A DNA stretch of 64,000 bases from an uncultured delta proteobacterium (GCA_963822965.1 CAWGJT010000010.1:224001-288000); one strand, 5' to 3'. Numbered from the stretch's first letter, positions 20,027-29,696 are shown. Made by a program: numbers and translations. The notes: a model not told the origin generated them from the letters alone.

Positions 20027-21238
20027 ATGCCCATGCCCCTCGAAGGAATCCGCGTCATCGACTGGACGATCTGGCAGCAGGGGCCCGTCGCCTCCGCCAT
20101 GCTGGGCGACCTCGGGGCGGACGTCGTCAAGATCGAGGAGCGCGTCGGGGGTGACCCGGGCCGCGGCATCGTGGCGATGAGCGGCGTCGACCTGGGACCG
20201 CGGCCGAACTTCTACTTCGAGGCGAACAACCGAAACAAGCGGAGCCTGACGCTCGACCTGAAGAAGCCCGAGGCGACGGAGATCGTCCAGCGACTCGTCG
20301 CCGGGGCCGACGTCTTCGTCCAGAACTTCCGCAAGGGGGTCGCCGCCCGTCTGGGGCTCGACTACGCCTCCCTGCGCGCCCACAACGAAAAGCTCATCTA
20401 TGCCAGCGCGACGGGCTACGGCCCGAAGGGACCGGACAGCGGCGAGCCCTCCTTCGACCAGCTCGGGCTGGCCCGCTCGGGCATCATGCTCGCCGCCGGC
20501 GAGCCCGACATGCCGCCGCTCGCGATCGCCGGCGGCGTGGCCGACCAGATGGGCGCCATCATGCTCGCCTATGGCGTGCTGGGAGCGCTGCTGGCCCGGG
20601 AGCGCTTCGGGGTCGGTCAGGAGGTGGACGCCTCGCACCTGGGCAGCATGATGATGCTGCAGGGCCTGTCGGTGTCGGCGCGCCTCATGATGGGCTTCGC
20701 GCTGCCCCGGACGCCGCGCTCCGCGGCGGGCAATCCCCTGTGGAACCACTACCGCTGCCAGGACGATCGCTGGCTCTCCCTCGGCATGTTGCAGCCGGAC
20801 CGCTACTGGAAGGACCTGTGCCGCGCCCTCGGGCGGCCCGATCTGGCCGAAGACCCCCGCTACGTGGACATGCGGGCCCGGGCCCAGAACGCCGCCGCCG
20901 CGGTCGCCGAGCTGGACGCGATCTTCGGCAGCAAGCCCCGGGACGAGTGGATGAAGATCCTGCGCGAGGATTCCGGCGACTTCATCTTCACCCAGGTCAA
21001 CGAGGTGAACGACCTGCCCGACGATCCCCAGGTGAAGGCCAACGACTACGTGGTCGACTTCGAGCACCCGCAGCACGGCACGATCCAGATGCTGGGGATG
21101 CCCGTGCGGCTCTCCGAGACGCCCGGCAGCGTCCGGCTGCCCGCCCCCGAGTTCGGGCAGCACAGCGAGGAGATCCTGCTGGAGCTCGGCTACGACTGGG
21201 ACGCGATCGCGGACCTGCGCAAGCGCGAGGTGATCTGA
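20027..21238 (+). CDS. CoA transferase family III (CaiB/BaiF/Frc)
   Basis: PLEGIRVIDWT, LGDLGADVVKIE, NRNKRSLTLDLK, ADVFVQNFR, ADQMGA and APEFGQHSEEIL. Confidence 0.93.
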   Translation: MPMPLEGIRVIDWTIWQQGPVASAMLGDLGADVVKIEERVGGDPGRGIVAMSGVDLGPRPNFYFEANNRNKRSLTLDLKKPEATEIVQRLVAGADVFVQNFRKGVAARLGLDYASLRAHNEKLIYASATGYGPKGPDSGEPSFDQLGLARSGIMLAAGEPDMPPLAIAGGVADQMGAIMLAYGVLGALLARERFGVGQEVDASHLGSMMMLQGLSVSARLMMGFALPRTPRSAAGNPLWNHYRCQDDRWLSLGMLQPDRYWKDLCRALGRPDLAEDPRYVDMRARAQNAAAAVAELDAIFGSKPRDEWMKILREDSGDFIFTQVNEVNDLPDDPQVKANDYVVDFEHPQHGTIQMLGMPVRLSETPGSVRLPAPEFGQHSEEILLELGYDWDAIADLRKREVI

Positions 21239-21397
21239 GAGCCTGTGAAGGAATCCTCTCGGTCGCCGGGCTTGCGGCGGCGGGCCGTCTGCGGCGTTGC
21301 TCCTCCTCGCCGTAGGCGCGCTACGCCTCGTCGTCGCGCCTTGCATCCGACCCACCGGCGCAGCGCCTGACTCGGTCGAGGATTCCTTCACAGGCTC
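21239..21397. mobile_element. MITE-like element A, 159 bp, perfect 20-bp terminal inverted repeats
   Basis: GAGCCTGTGAAGGAATCCTC (21239-21258) and GAGGATTCCTTCACAGGCTC (21378-21397); flanks are TGA (the upstream stop codon) and CGA; no coding capacity. Confidence 0.75.
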
Positions 21398-21410
21398 CGA
21401 GCCGGCCCGG

Positions 21411-22088
21411 TCAGTTCGGGGGTGTGGGGCACTTGTTCGACTGGGCGCGCAGCTTGATGCGCCCGCTGACGTTGAACTGGTCGGCGTACTCGCTCAGGTT
21501 GTCGTACTGGATGTCGTAGAGCATCTTGCCCTTGAACTTCACCTTCAGGTTGTCGCCCCCGTCCTTGAGGCGCCCCTTGAACCGCAGCTTGTTCTGGTTG
21601 GTGAGCATCGCGTACGGGACGTCGGCCACGAGGGCTCGCTCGCCGAAGAGCGTGAACTGGCTGAAGTTGCTGAAGAGGGTCGCGATGACGCTCGCGCCGT
21701 TGTCGTTCACCTCGAAGTTCAGCTTCTTGCCGCGCTGGCGATAGGTCCCGGTGACGAACGCGCCGAGCGGACTGCCCAGCTCGTCCGGATAGCTGAAGGC
21801 CATCACGAAGGAGTCGGACGGGGCCGGCGAGAAGACGAACGTGAACGACGGCGTGAAGTGACCGGGCGTGGTCTGGAAGTTCGGCGGCACGTAGTTGTTG
21901 TAGTCGTTGACCTTGTACTTGCCGAAGTCGCGCAGCTTGAGCACGAACTTGCCGCAGACCACGAACGTCTCGCCGGCGACCGAGTCGCCCCCGCCACCCG
22001 TGCCGGCCACGGCGGGGCCGCTCGCGAGGGTGAGCGCGGCCACCAGGAGGGCCACCGTGCCCCGCGTCGTCGTCTTCGCCTGAACCAA
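21411..22088 (-). CDS. Hypothetical secreted protein, K/F/N-rich
   Basis: GGAGG followed by TTG at 22088; signal peptide TVALLVAALTLASGPAVA; strong GC3 codon bias. Confidence 0.7.
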   Translation of the reverse strand: MVQAKTTTRGTVALLVAALTLASGPAVAGTGGGGDSVAGETFVVCGKFVLKLRDFGKYKVNDYNNYVPPNFQTTPGHFTPSFTFVFSPAPSDSFVMAFSYPDELGSPLGAFVTGTYRQRGKKLNFEVNDNGASVIATLFSNFSQFTLFGERALVADVPYAMLTNQNKLRFKGRLKDGGDNLKVKFKGKMLYDIQYDNLSEYADQFNVSGRIKLRAQSNKCPTPPN

Positions 22089-22410
22089 CCTGAAAGCCTC
22101 CCTGCGCCTTGTCGCTGTGGCTTGCCGCGGCGGACGGCCTCGCTCGCCGAGCCGTCGCGGGGCCCATTCTATGGGATTCGTCCGGCGAAACGCGAAGCAT
22201 TTCCCGAGTTTGCGGGGCGAAGCGCATCCGCCCGGGGGGATTCTCCCGCGAGGCGCGGGCCTTGTCGCCGCGGCTCCCCGGCAGCCGCCGTCGCCCGCCC
22301 CCGGCACCCCGCTGGCGGGCGGCGCCGGTGGTGCTTCAGTCGCAACCGAGGCGCACCGATAGACCCCGCAGGGTTTGGTGGCAGCGACCCGTCCCAATCG
22401 GAGGAAGATC

Positions 22411-22725
22411 ATGCCGGCTCGACTTCGCAGATTTCTCGCAGCGTCCTGTGCGCTCGTTCTCGTTCTGGGAGCCGCCGCTCCCGCGTTCTCCGCGTCCGAG
22501 TCGATGCGCTCGATGATGAAGGGGTCCGATCCGGTCTCGCCGGCCGTCGACGTGCTGCTGCTGCGGCCCGTGGCGTTCGTGACCCTCATCGCCGGGACGG
22601 GGCTCTTCATCGCGTCCGTGCCCTTGGTGCTGATCACCCGCCCGCACGAGATCGGGAAGCCCTTCGACAAGCTGGTGGCCGACCCGGCGCGCTACATCTG
22701 GATGGATCCGCTGGGCACGCACTAG
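22411..22725 (+). CDS. Small hypothetical membrane/secreted protein
   Basis: GGAGGA before ATG, signal peptide, DVLLLRP...hydrophobic...PLG pattern. Confidence 0.75.
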   Translation: MPARLRRFLAASCALVLVLGAAAPAFSASESMRSMMKGSDPVSPAVDVLLLRPVAFVTLIAGTGLFIASVPLVLITRPHEIGKPFDKLVADPARYIWMDPLGTH

Positions 22726-22729
22726 GAGC

Positions 22730-22750
22730 CGAATCCGCGGGATTCGTTTG
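22730..22750 (+). terminator. Probable intrinsic terminator
   Basis: CGAATCC-GCG-GGATTCG followed by TTTG just after the stop at 22725. Confidence 0.5.
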
Positions 22751-22757
22751 CGGCGCC

Positions 22758-23018
22758 TCAGAACCGTTCCAGCTCCGCACCCCCGACGAGCTCCACGGCT
22801 TCCTCGGCGAGGGAGTGGGGGTCCTCCTCGCTCAGCAGATGGGCGAGGGTGTCGCGTGCGGCGGCCTCCGAACCGCACGGGACGGTCGAGTTCCGACCGA
22901 TCACGTACCAGCCGTCCTCCAGCTCGGCGACCCGCAGCGGCCCGTCGATGGGCACGCAGTTTCCGCCCGGGAACACCAGGAACGGGCCGGCGTGGGGGAC
23001 GGGCTCCGGCGTGCTCAA
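22758..23018 (-). CDS. Small acidic hypothetical protein
   Basis: TTG at 23018 overlaps the upstream TGA (TTGA coupling); globular-looking PFLVFPGGNCVPIDGPLRVAELEDGWYVIG. Confidence 0.55.
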   Translation of the reverse strand: MSTPEPVPHAGPFLVFPGGNCVPIDGPLRVAELEDGWYVIGRNSTVPCGSEAAARDTLAHLLSEEDPHSLAEEAVELVGGAELERF

Positions 23019-23569
23019 CGGGGGCGCTCCCGCCGCGGTCTCCGCAGCGTCGCGACGCCGAGCAGTGCCGCCAGCCCGAGCAGTGCCGCCAGCCCGAGCG
23101 CCGGCGCCGAAGGCTCGGGGGCGACCGTGAAGTTGCGGCCGTTGCGGGACACGACCGCGTCGTACTGGAACGATTGTCCGCGCGGCACCACGAGCCGGGC
23201 CACGGCCACCACGTCCACGCTGCTCGCGCCGCCTGTCCCTCCGCGAAGGCGGGCGGTGGTGCTCGAGCTCGAGGTGTCGGTGAGATCGGGCCAGTTCGTC
23301 CCGAAGAGCTGGCTCTGGGCGTCGAAGCTTCCGGAGAACGTGACGTCCACGAAGCCCGATCGACCGAGGCCGTCCTGGAAGTCGACCGCCACGTCGTAGG
23401 CCACGAGCCCCCCGGCCATGGGCGTGGCGTGGGTGGTGAGGATCGGATCGGCGACGGCGGCGGGCGCGACGACGGCGAGCAGGGCCACACCGCTCGCCCA
23501 CGTCCATCCGCGACGAACCCCGTAGCGGCGCTTCACGCGCTTCCTGGCCTGCTCGATCACCTGCTGCAT
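23015..23569 (-). CDS. PEP-CTERM-type surface protein
   Basis: Signal peptide (ALLAVVAPAAVA-DP) and C-terminal VAPEPS + TM helix + RRPRRERPR; an 18-bp duplication (23058-23099) lengthens the TM; start uncertain. Confidence 0.8.
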   Translation of the reverse strand: MQQVIEQARKRVKRRYGVRRGWTWASGVALLAVVAPAAVADPILTTHATPMAGGLVAYDVAVDFQDGLGRSGFVDVTFSGSFDAQSQLFGTNWPDLTDTSSSSTTARLRGGTGGASSVDVVAVARLVVPRGQSFQYDAVVSRNGRNFTVAPEPSAPALGLAALLGLAALLGVATLRRPRRERPR

Positions 23570-23723
23570 CGCTGCCTGCTGCCGGCTGCGGGGGAGGCCG
23601 TGCCCGGAAAGCATACGGGGTCGGAGGGGGCCGGCAACCGCGGCGCCGCCGGGTGGGGCGTCGGAGGGCGACGAGGGGGAGGGCGTCTCAAGCAGGCCTT
23701 CGGTCCGACCGATCCGGCCCCCG

Positions 23724-24491
23724 ATGGACCCTCTCCGCTCCAGGAACGCGTGCTCTCGCCGGGTGCTGGTCGCGCTCGTCGCGCTGGCGGCCGGCTTCGC
23801 CGCCTCGAGCGCGGACGCGGCGATCTACAAGTACGTCGATCGCAGCGGGGTCAGCCACTACAGCGACTCGCTCTCGTCCGTCCCCGAGGAGTACCGGGAC
23901 CGGGTTCGGGACATCACCGCCGAGATGGGCGACAAGCCGAGCGTCCAGATCGTCCCTCGACAGGGCGAAGAGGCGCCCGCGGCGGACGCGGACGAGGGCT
24001 CTCCGCTCGAGGCGGTCGACCTGGGCGCCGCGAATCTCGGCGAGAGCGGTGGCATGATCCGCAACCTGCTCGAGACCGCGGGCTTCGGCGTCCTGCTGCT
24101 CGTGCTGCTCGCGATCCCGGTCCTGTTCGTGGTGAGCGCCCTCATCTTCAAGCTGGCCTGCCGGCTGGCCGGGGAGGAGCCGCCGGGACTGGGACGAGCG
24201 TGCGTGGTGCTCTTCGTCCAGAGCCTCGCGGGTTCGGCGGTGGGAGCGGCGGTGAGCGGCGTGTCGATGGTGCTGGGTCTCGAGCAGAGCGCCGGCCTGG
24301 GGCTCTCGGTCGCGATCGGGGGCGTCTCCTCGCTGCTCTCGTGGCTCGCGAGCGCGGGCGTCCTGACGGCGATGCTGGGCTACGCGTTTCTGCGCTGCAT
24401 GTGGATCTGCGTCCTGAACACGCTGCTCGTGATCGTGATGGTCGGAGCGCCCATCGCCGCGGTCGCGGTCGTCGGCATGCTGGTGTCCTGA
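23724..24491 (+). CDS. DUF4124-like domain fused to a multi-TM membrane domain
   Basis: Signal peptide then IYKYVDRSGVSHYSDS..VPEEYR, followed by 4 TM segments. Confidence 0.75.
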   Translation: MDPLRSRNACSRRVLVALVALAAGFAASSADAAIYKYVDRSGVSHYSDSLSSVPEEYRDRVRDITAEMGDKPSVQIVPRQGEEAPAADADEGSPLEAVDLGAANLGESGGMIRNLLETAGFGVLLLVLLAIPVLFVVSALIFKLACRLAGEEPPGLGRACVVLFVQSLAGSAVGAAVSGVSMVLGLEQSAGLGLSVAIGGVSSLLSWLASAGVLTAMLGYAFLRCMWICVLNTLLVIVMVGAPIAAVAVVGMLVS

Positions 24492-24510
24492 GCCCGTTGC
24501 GGCCGGACGC

Positions 24511-25275
24511 TCAGCCCTCGCTTCCGGCGCCGCCGCGCAGCGCGAGCCTCGCCCAGCAATCCCCCAGCCACCAGGTCGCATAGGCGAGCACGACGGCGAG
24601 GACGCCCGCGGCGCAGACCACGGCGAGCGGGAGCACCAGGTCGCCCACGCGGCTCGCCTGCTGCCAGACGCTCGCGAGCAGCTGGACCAGATCGTCCGAA
24701 CGCAGGTGCTCGAAGCGCGCTCGGCCGAGCATCCGGGTCACGACGATCGAGCCCATCTCGAAGTAGTCGCCCGGCAGGTTGTAGAAAGGCGCCAGCCCCA
24801 GCACGCAGGCCGGGCCCAGCAGCAGCGGGCGGCTGCGAGCGGCGCACGCCCGCAGCAGCGGCACGCCGATCGCCACCGAGAGCGAGAAGGGAAGGGCGTC
24901 CGTGGCCAGGTAGACGAGGTCGGAGCCATGGGTGTCGAAGCCGGACAGGCGTCCCGCGTAGTCGCTGCCCACCGTCACGAACGGAAGCAGATGGGCGAGC
25001 AGGGCGCCGCCGTACTGGGCCTGGATCTCCAGGGTCGTGACCGTGCCGCCCGTGGCGGCGCAGCCGAGGGCGTGGAGCAGCTCGTGGACGGGCACGTAGG
25101 CGTACCAGCTCGCCACCAGCGCCACGAGCGCGGCCACCGCGCGGGCGCCCGCTCGAGGGCCGGTGAGCACCGGCTCGAGGGCCTGGGCCGTGGCCTCGAA
25201 GGGTGCGCGCAGCAGGGCTCGCAACGCCCCGGTGGGCGCTGCGGGTACGGCGCCGCCTTCGGCGTCAGGCGTCAC
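24511..25275 (-). CDS. Membrane protein with HExxH, possible M50-like metalloprotease
   Basis: VPVHELLHALG within a hydrophobic segment and a later NLPGD. Confidence 0.6.
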   Translation of the reverse strand: MTPDAEGGAVPAAPTGALRALLRAPFEATAQALEPVLTGPRAGARAVAALVALVASWYAYVPVHELLHALGCAATGGTVTTLEIQAQYGGALLAHLLPFVTVGSDYAGRLSGFDTHGSDLVYLATDALPFSLSVAIGVPLLRACAARSRPLLLGPACVLGLAPFYNLPGDYFEMGSIVVTRMLGRARFEHLRSDDLVQLLASVWQQASRVGDLVLPLAVVCAAGVLAVVLAYATWWLGDCWARLALRGGAGSEG

Positions 25276-25747
25276 CGAGGGTGCGGGAGAGCGCCACGCG
25301 GCGCAGGGTCGTGACGGCGAACACGAGCAGCTCGCCCGCCGGGTCGAGGAAGCGGGTCTCTACGAAGAGCGTGCGCCCGCGTTCCTTCACGAGCTCGCTC
25401 TCGATGAGGAAGCGAGGGCCCAGCACGGGCTCGAAGTAGTCGACGCGCATGTTCGTCGTGGCGAGCCAGGACGTGAAGGGTCGCGTTCGGTCCTCCCCCG
25501 CGCGCGTGGTGAACAGAGCGACGAAGTCCACGTAGGTCGGCGTGAATCCGCCGAAGAGCTGGCCGCGCGGGTTCTTCGCGTGCGTCGGGAGGTGGACGTC
25601 GAGCTTCAGGAAGCCGTGACGCTGCTCGACGATCTTCCAATCGTAGGCCTCCAGGAAGTCGCCGGCGGGATGGCCCCGGCCAACGAGCTGTCCGGGCGCC
25701 AGGCTCTGCCAGGGACGCGGAATCGCTTCGCTTTCGGAATCGCTCAT
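25265..25747 (-). CDS. PaaI-family hotdog thioesterase
   Basis: NPRGQLFGG..PTYVD and TTNMRVDYFEP. Confidence 0.85.
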   Translation of the reverse strand: MSDSESEAIPRPWQSLAPGQLVGRGHPAGDFLEAYDWKIVEQRHGFLKLDVHLPTHAKNPRGQLFGGFTPTYVDFVALFTTRAGEDRTRPFTSWLATTNMRVDYFEPVLGPRFLIESELVKERGRTLFVETRFLDPAGELLVFAVTTLRRVALSRTLGDA

Positions 25748-25832
25748 CGGCCTCTCGCTCTGCTCCTCGGCGGGTCCGGCGGAGGGGTGCGGCCCTCGCT
25801 CCGGGCGCCGCGGTCCCTTCCCCGCACGGCCC

Positions 25833-26534
25833 CTACCACTTCTCTGCGTACGGGCGCAGGTCCAGCTCGAAGGTCCAGGCGGACCGATCCTGCTCGGTGA
25901 CGAAGTGCACCGCTCGCGCGATCTCGTCGGCCTTCAGGAAGAAGTCGTCGGGGCGATCGGGCAGGAGCTTGCGGGTACGCGGGATGTCGATCACGCCGTC
26001 GACGATCACGTAGGCGACGTGGATGTTCTCGGGACCCAGCTTGCGGGCCAGGGACTGGGCGAGGCCGCGCTGGGCGGCCTTGGCCGAGGCGAAGGCCGCG
26101 AATCCCGCGCTGCCCTTGATCGACGCGGTGGCCCCCATGACGACGATGTTGCCGGCGCCCGCGCGCCGCATGTCCGGCAGCACGGCCTTCACCGCCTGGA
26201 AGAGACCCCCCGTGTTGACCTCCCAGGCGCCGCGGAAGCTCTCGAAGTCCAATGCGTCGACGTCGCCGAAGACGGCCGAGCCCGCGTTGTAGACGAGGGT
26301 GGTGATGGGGCCGTTGTCCTCGCGCACCCGAGCGAAGACCTTCTCGGGAGCCTCGGGCACGCAGGCGTCGTACGCGTAGGCGCGCGCTCCGGGGATCTCG
26401 CTCGCCAGGGCCTCCACGGCCTCCAGCCCGCGGGCGCAGAGCGCCACCCGATGGCCCGCCGCCGCAAAGCGGCGGGCGAGGGCGGCGCCGTTTCCGGGGC
26501 CGGCCCCAACGATCGCGCAGACGGGCTCGCTCAT
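25833..26534 (-). CDS. Short-chain dehydrogenase/reductase
   Basis: GAGPGNG, VYNAG, GATAS, FASAK and WTFELDLRP..EKW. Confidence 0.9.
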   Translation of the reverse strand: MSEPVCAIVGAGPGNGAALARRFAAAGHRVALCARGLEAVEALASEIPGARAYAYDACVPEAPEKVFARVREDNGPITTLVYNAGSAVFGDVDALDFESFRGAWEVNTGGLFQAVKAVLPDMRRAGAGNIVVMGATASIKGSAGFAAFASAKAAQRGLAQSLARKLGPENIHVAYVIVDGVIDIPRTRKLLPDRPDDFFLKADEIARAVHFVTEQDRSAWTFELDLRPYAEKW

Positions 26535-26623
26535 CGCGTGTTCCACCTCCTCGCAGGACGACGACGCTACCGCACACCCCGTCCGGATGGCCCGCCTGCT
26601 GCCGGCCCGGTACGTTCGCCGCC

Positions 26624-27475
26624 ATGGAGCGGCTTCCGGGATTCGTCTGGCCCGTGCCCCGGGCCTTTGCGTCGGCGGTTTCGACCTGCCGCTTCGAGCA
26701 GGGCGACGTGCTCTACGACGTGCCCGAGGCCTACGCGAGCTGGGGCCCCGGTCCCGGGTGCTGGGTGCAGGTGCTCGACCCGCCGCGCACCGCCCGGGCC
26801 GCGCCGCCGGATGCCGAGGGAAACCGCTTCGCGGCCAACTGGGGCACGCCGGTGACGATCGAGCTGGGCATCCGCAGCCCGGCGTCGGCCCGCACGCTCC
26901 GCTGCACCCAGGGGCGCCTCTTCACCTGCCTGTGGCGTGGCGACCCGGGCCTGCTGCGGGACGTCGTGCCCGGTGCTCCCGACGAGCTGCAGCCACCCGC
27001 CACGGCGCGCGAGCTGCAGAAGGAGCTGGCGGCGGCCGTGCCGGCCGTGCGCCGGGCCTCCCGGCGGGACCCGGAACAAAGCACGGCCTTCGTGTGCGTG
27101 GTGGACGAGGCGAGCGAGGCCTCCCTCGCGAAGGCCCGGGCGATCGCGGCCGCGCTGGCCGGCGACGGTGCCGCGAGCCAGCCGGGGCGTCGGTCCGGCC
27201 GCGCGGCCCCGGCCGGCGGAGCCGTCGAGATCGTGGACCTCGCTCCCGTCGAGGCGGGAATCCCTGCCGGCGACGGCTTCCATCCCGCCCTGCGCGTGCG
27301 CGGGTTCGTGGTGGAGTGCGCCGAGCCCGCGCAGGTGGAGGCGCGGCTCAAGCGGGCCCTGTACGCGCCCACCCGCACCAGCGGGGACGGCGCCGGTGAT
27401 CGCTTCAAGCTCGACCGGCACGGGCTGCTGGTCCCACCGGAGGGGACCGCGGCGGCTCCCGGGAAGCGCGGCTAA
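26624..27475 (+). CDS. Hypothetical protein
   Basis: Protein-like composition and GC3 bias; fills the intergenic gap; no motif recognised. Confidence 0.6.
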   Translation: MERLPGFVWPVPRAFASAVSTCRFEQGDVLYDVPEAYASWGPGPGCWVQVLDPPRTARAAPPDAEGNRFAANWGTPVTIELGIRSPASARTLRCTQGRLFTCLWRGDPGLLRDVVPGAPDELQPPATARELQKELAAAVPAVRRASRRDPEQSTAFVCVVDEASEASLAKARAIAAALAGDGAASQPGRRSGRAAPAGGAVEIVDLAPVEAGIPAGDGFHPALRVRGFVVECAEPAQVEARLKRALYAPTRTSGDGAGDRFKLDRHGLLVPPEGTAAAPGKRG

Positions 27476-27633
27476 CCTGACGCGTCCCGGGCGGGTCGCC
27501 CGGCCCGGTACGGGCCGCGCCCCCCCGGCGGCGGAGCCGCCGCCGATGCGGGCGGTAGCGCCGCGGAACGATCGAGTTCGAAGAGAAGATCGAGATCCAG
27601 AAAGGTCGAGATCGAGCAAAGGAGAGCGCCGTC

Positions 27634-28809
27634 GTGCCGAGCCGGGAAGTCTTCATCGTCGAAGCCGTTCGCAGTCCCCTGGGACGCCGGGGAGGAGGGC
27701 TCTCGAGTCTGCATCCCACCGACCTGCTCGGAGCCGTCCAGAAGGCGGCGGTCGAGCGCGCCGGGATCGACCCGGCGGCCATCGACCAGGTGATCGGCGG
27801 CTGCGTCTCGCAGGTGGGCGAGCAGTCGTTCAACATCTCCCGCAACGCCTGGCTCGCGGCCGGGCTGCCCCTGGAGGTGCCGTCCACCACGGTGGACAGC
27901 CAGTGCGGGTCGAGCCAGCAGGCGAGCACCCTGGCGGCCGGGCTCGTGGGCTCGGGGCTCGAGGACGTGGTCCTGAGCTGCGGCATCGAGATGATGAGCC
28001 GGATCCCCCTCGGTGCGAACTTCCAGCACCACGGGCGGCCGATCGCCAAGAGCTACTTCGAACGCTACGCGTTCAAGAGCCAGTTCGAGGGCGCCGAGCT
28101 CATCGCGAAGGAGTTCGGCATCCAGCGGGAGGACACCGACCGCTTCGGGCTGCGGAGCCAGGAGCTGGCGGGCAAGGCCTGGGCCGATGGGCGCTTCGAG
28201 CGCGAGGTGGTGCCCGTAGCGGCCCCCGTGCTCGACGACGAGGGCAAGCCCACGGAGGAGACGATCACCGTCTCCCGGGACGAGGGCCTGCGCGAGACGA
28301 GCCTGGAGAAGCTCGCCACCCTGAAGCCGGTGGTCGAGGGCGGCATCCATACGGCGGGGACCGCCTCGCAGATCACCGACGGCGCGTCGGCGGTGCTGCT
28401 CGCGTCCGAGGCCGCCGTCGAGCGCCTCGGCCTCAAGCCCCGGGCCCGCATCGTCTACACCACCATCGTGGGCGTCGATCCGGTGACCATGCTGAAGGGG
28501 CCGATCCCGGCCACCGAGAAGCTGCTGGCCCGGACGGGGCTCCGGGTCGAGGACATGGCGGTCTACGAGGTGAACGAGGCGTTCGCGAGCGTCGTGCTCG
28601 CCTGGCAGCAGGCCGTCGGCGCCGTGCCCGAACGAGTGAACCCCAACGGCGGCGCCATCGCCCTGGGGCACCCGACGGGCGCCACCGGCGATCGGCTCCT
28701 GACGACGGCGCTGCACGAGCTCGAGCGGACGAACGAGCGCTATGCGCTCATCTCCATGTGCTGCGGCGGCGGCCTGGGAACCGGGACGATCATCGAGCGA
28801 CTCGGCTGA
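27634..28809 (+). CDS. Thiolase, FadA5-like paralog
   Basis: DSQCGS catalytic Cys, [13 protein letters not shown] and MCCGGG. Confidence 0.92.
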   Translation: MPSREVFIVEAVRSPLGRRGGGLSSLHPTDLLGAVQKAAVERAGIDPAAIDQVIGGCVSQVGEQSFNISRNAWLAAGLPLEVPSTTVDSQCGSSQQASTLAAGLVGSGLEDVVLSCGIEMMSRIPLGANFQHHGRPIAKSYFERYAFKSQFEGAELIAKEFGIQREDTDRFGLRSQELAGKAWADGRFEREVVPVAAPVLDDEGKPTEETITVSRDEGLRETSLEKLATLKPVVEGGIHTAGTASQITDGASAVLLASEAAVERLGLKPRARIVYTTIVGVDPVTMLKGPIPATEKLLARTGLRVEDMAVYEVNEAFASVVLAWQQAVGAVPERVNPNGGAIALGHPTGATGDRLLTTALHELERTNERYALISMCCGGGLGTGTIIERLG

Positions 28810-28858
28810 AGCCGGTCGCCCGACTCGGCCGAAGCCGGTCGCCCGACTCGGCCGAAGC
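28798..28858. repeat. 23-bp tandem repeat overlapping the thiolase stop codon
   Basis: GAAGCCGGTCGCCCGACTCGGCC at 28808-28830 and 28831-28853 with partial copies on both sides. Confidence 0.9.
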
Positions 28859-28860
28859 AG

Positions 28861-29592
28861 CTACTCCACCCGGATCTCGGCCTTCACGATCTCGAGGGGA
28901 TCGCGGAGGTGCGGCGACCCCGGCGTTCGCCAGGCTTCGAGCTGCTTCACCGTGTCCATGCCGTCGACGACCTCGCCGTAGATCGTGTGGCGGCCGTCGA
29001 GGTGGGGCGTGGGCACGAAGGTGATGAAGAACTGGCTGCCGTCCGTGCCGGGGCCTGCGTTCGCCATGCTGAGCAGTCCCGGTCGGTCGTGCCGCACGTT
29101 GGGGTCGAACTCGCCGTCGAAGCGGTAGCCGGGGTTGCCGCGGCCGTTGCCCAGCGGATCGCCGCCCTGGGCCATGAAGTCCGGAATCACCCGGTGAAAG
29201 GTCAGGCCGTCGTAGAAGCCGAGCCGGGTGAGATAGATCGCGCTGGAGACGTGCATGGGCGCGACGTCCGGCATGAAGCGGATGGCGATCTTTCCCACGT
29301 TCGTGTCGAGGTCCCAGTAGTAGGTCTTGCCGCCGCTGAAGTCGAGCTGCGGGGGCTTGGGCAGCTGGGTCCGCCACCCCGGCTTCGACTTGTCGATGTT
29401 CTGCTCGGCGATGAATGCGTCGATCGCTTGGATGGGACTCACTGCGGAATCGGCCTCCTCGGTCTGGGCTTCCTGGGATGCTTCGGTCGCCGGAGCCGCC
29501 TCCTTCGACTTCTCACAGCCCGTCGCGAATGCGAGGAGGGGGAGTGCGAAGAGCAGGACGACTCCACGGGGAAGTTGCAGGGCACGCGCCAT
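28861..29592 (-). CDS. Cyclophilin-type peptidyl-prolyl isomerase, lipoprotein
   Basis: Lipobox [44 protein letters not shown] and HLDGRHT. Confidence 0.95.
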   Translation of the reverse strand: MARALQLPRGVVLLFALPLLAFATGCEKSKEAAPATEASQEAQTEEADSAVSPIQAIDAFIAEQNIDKSKPGWRTQLPKPPQLDFSGGKTYYWDLDTNVGKIAIRFMPDVAPMHVSSAIYLTRLGFYDGLTFHRVIPDFMAQGGDPLGNGRGNPGYRFDGEFDPNVRHDRPGLLSMANAGPGTDGSQFFITFVPTPHLDGRHTIYGEVVDGMDTVKQLEAWRTPGSPHLRDPLEIVKAEIRVE

Positions 29593-29696
29593 GGGTCTCG
29601 GCCTCCGTGTCTTCCGGTTCGCTTGCGGTTCTCGTGCGGTTCTCTTGCCGTTCGCGGTTCTTGCCGCTCGCGGCACTCGGAGGGCGCGGAGCCTAG

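Noticed and set aside
23570..23723. Sigma-54 promoter expected upstream of the PEP-CTERM gene
   Set aside because: GGCAC is present on the minus strand but the -12 GC is at the wrong spacing
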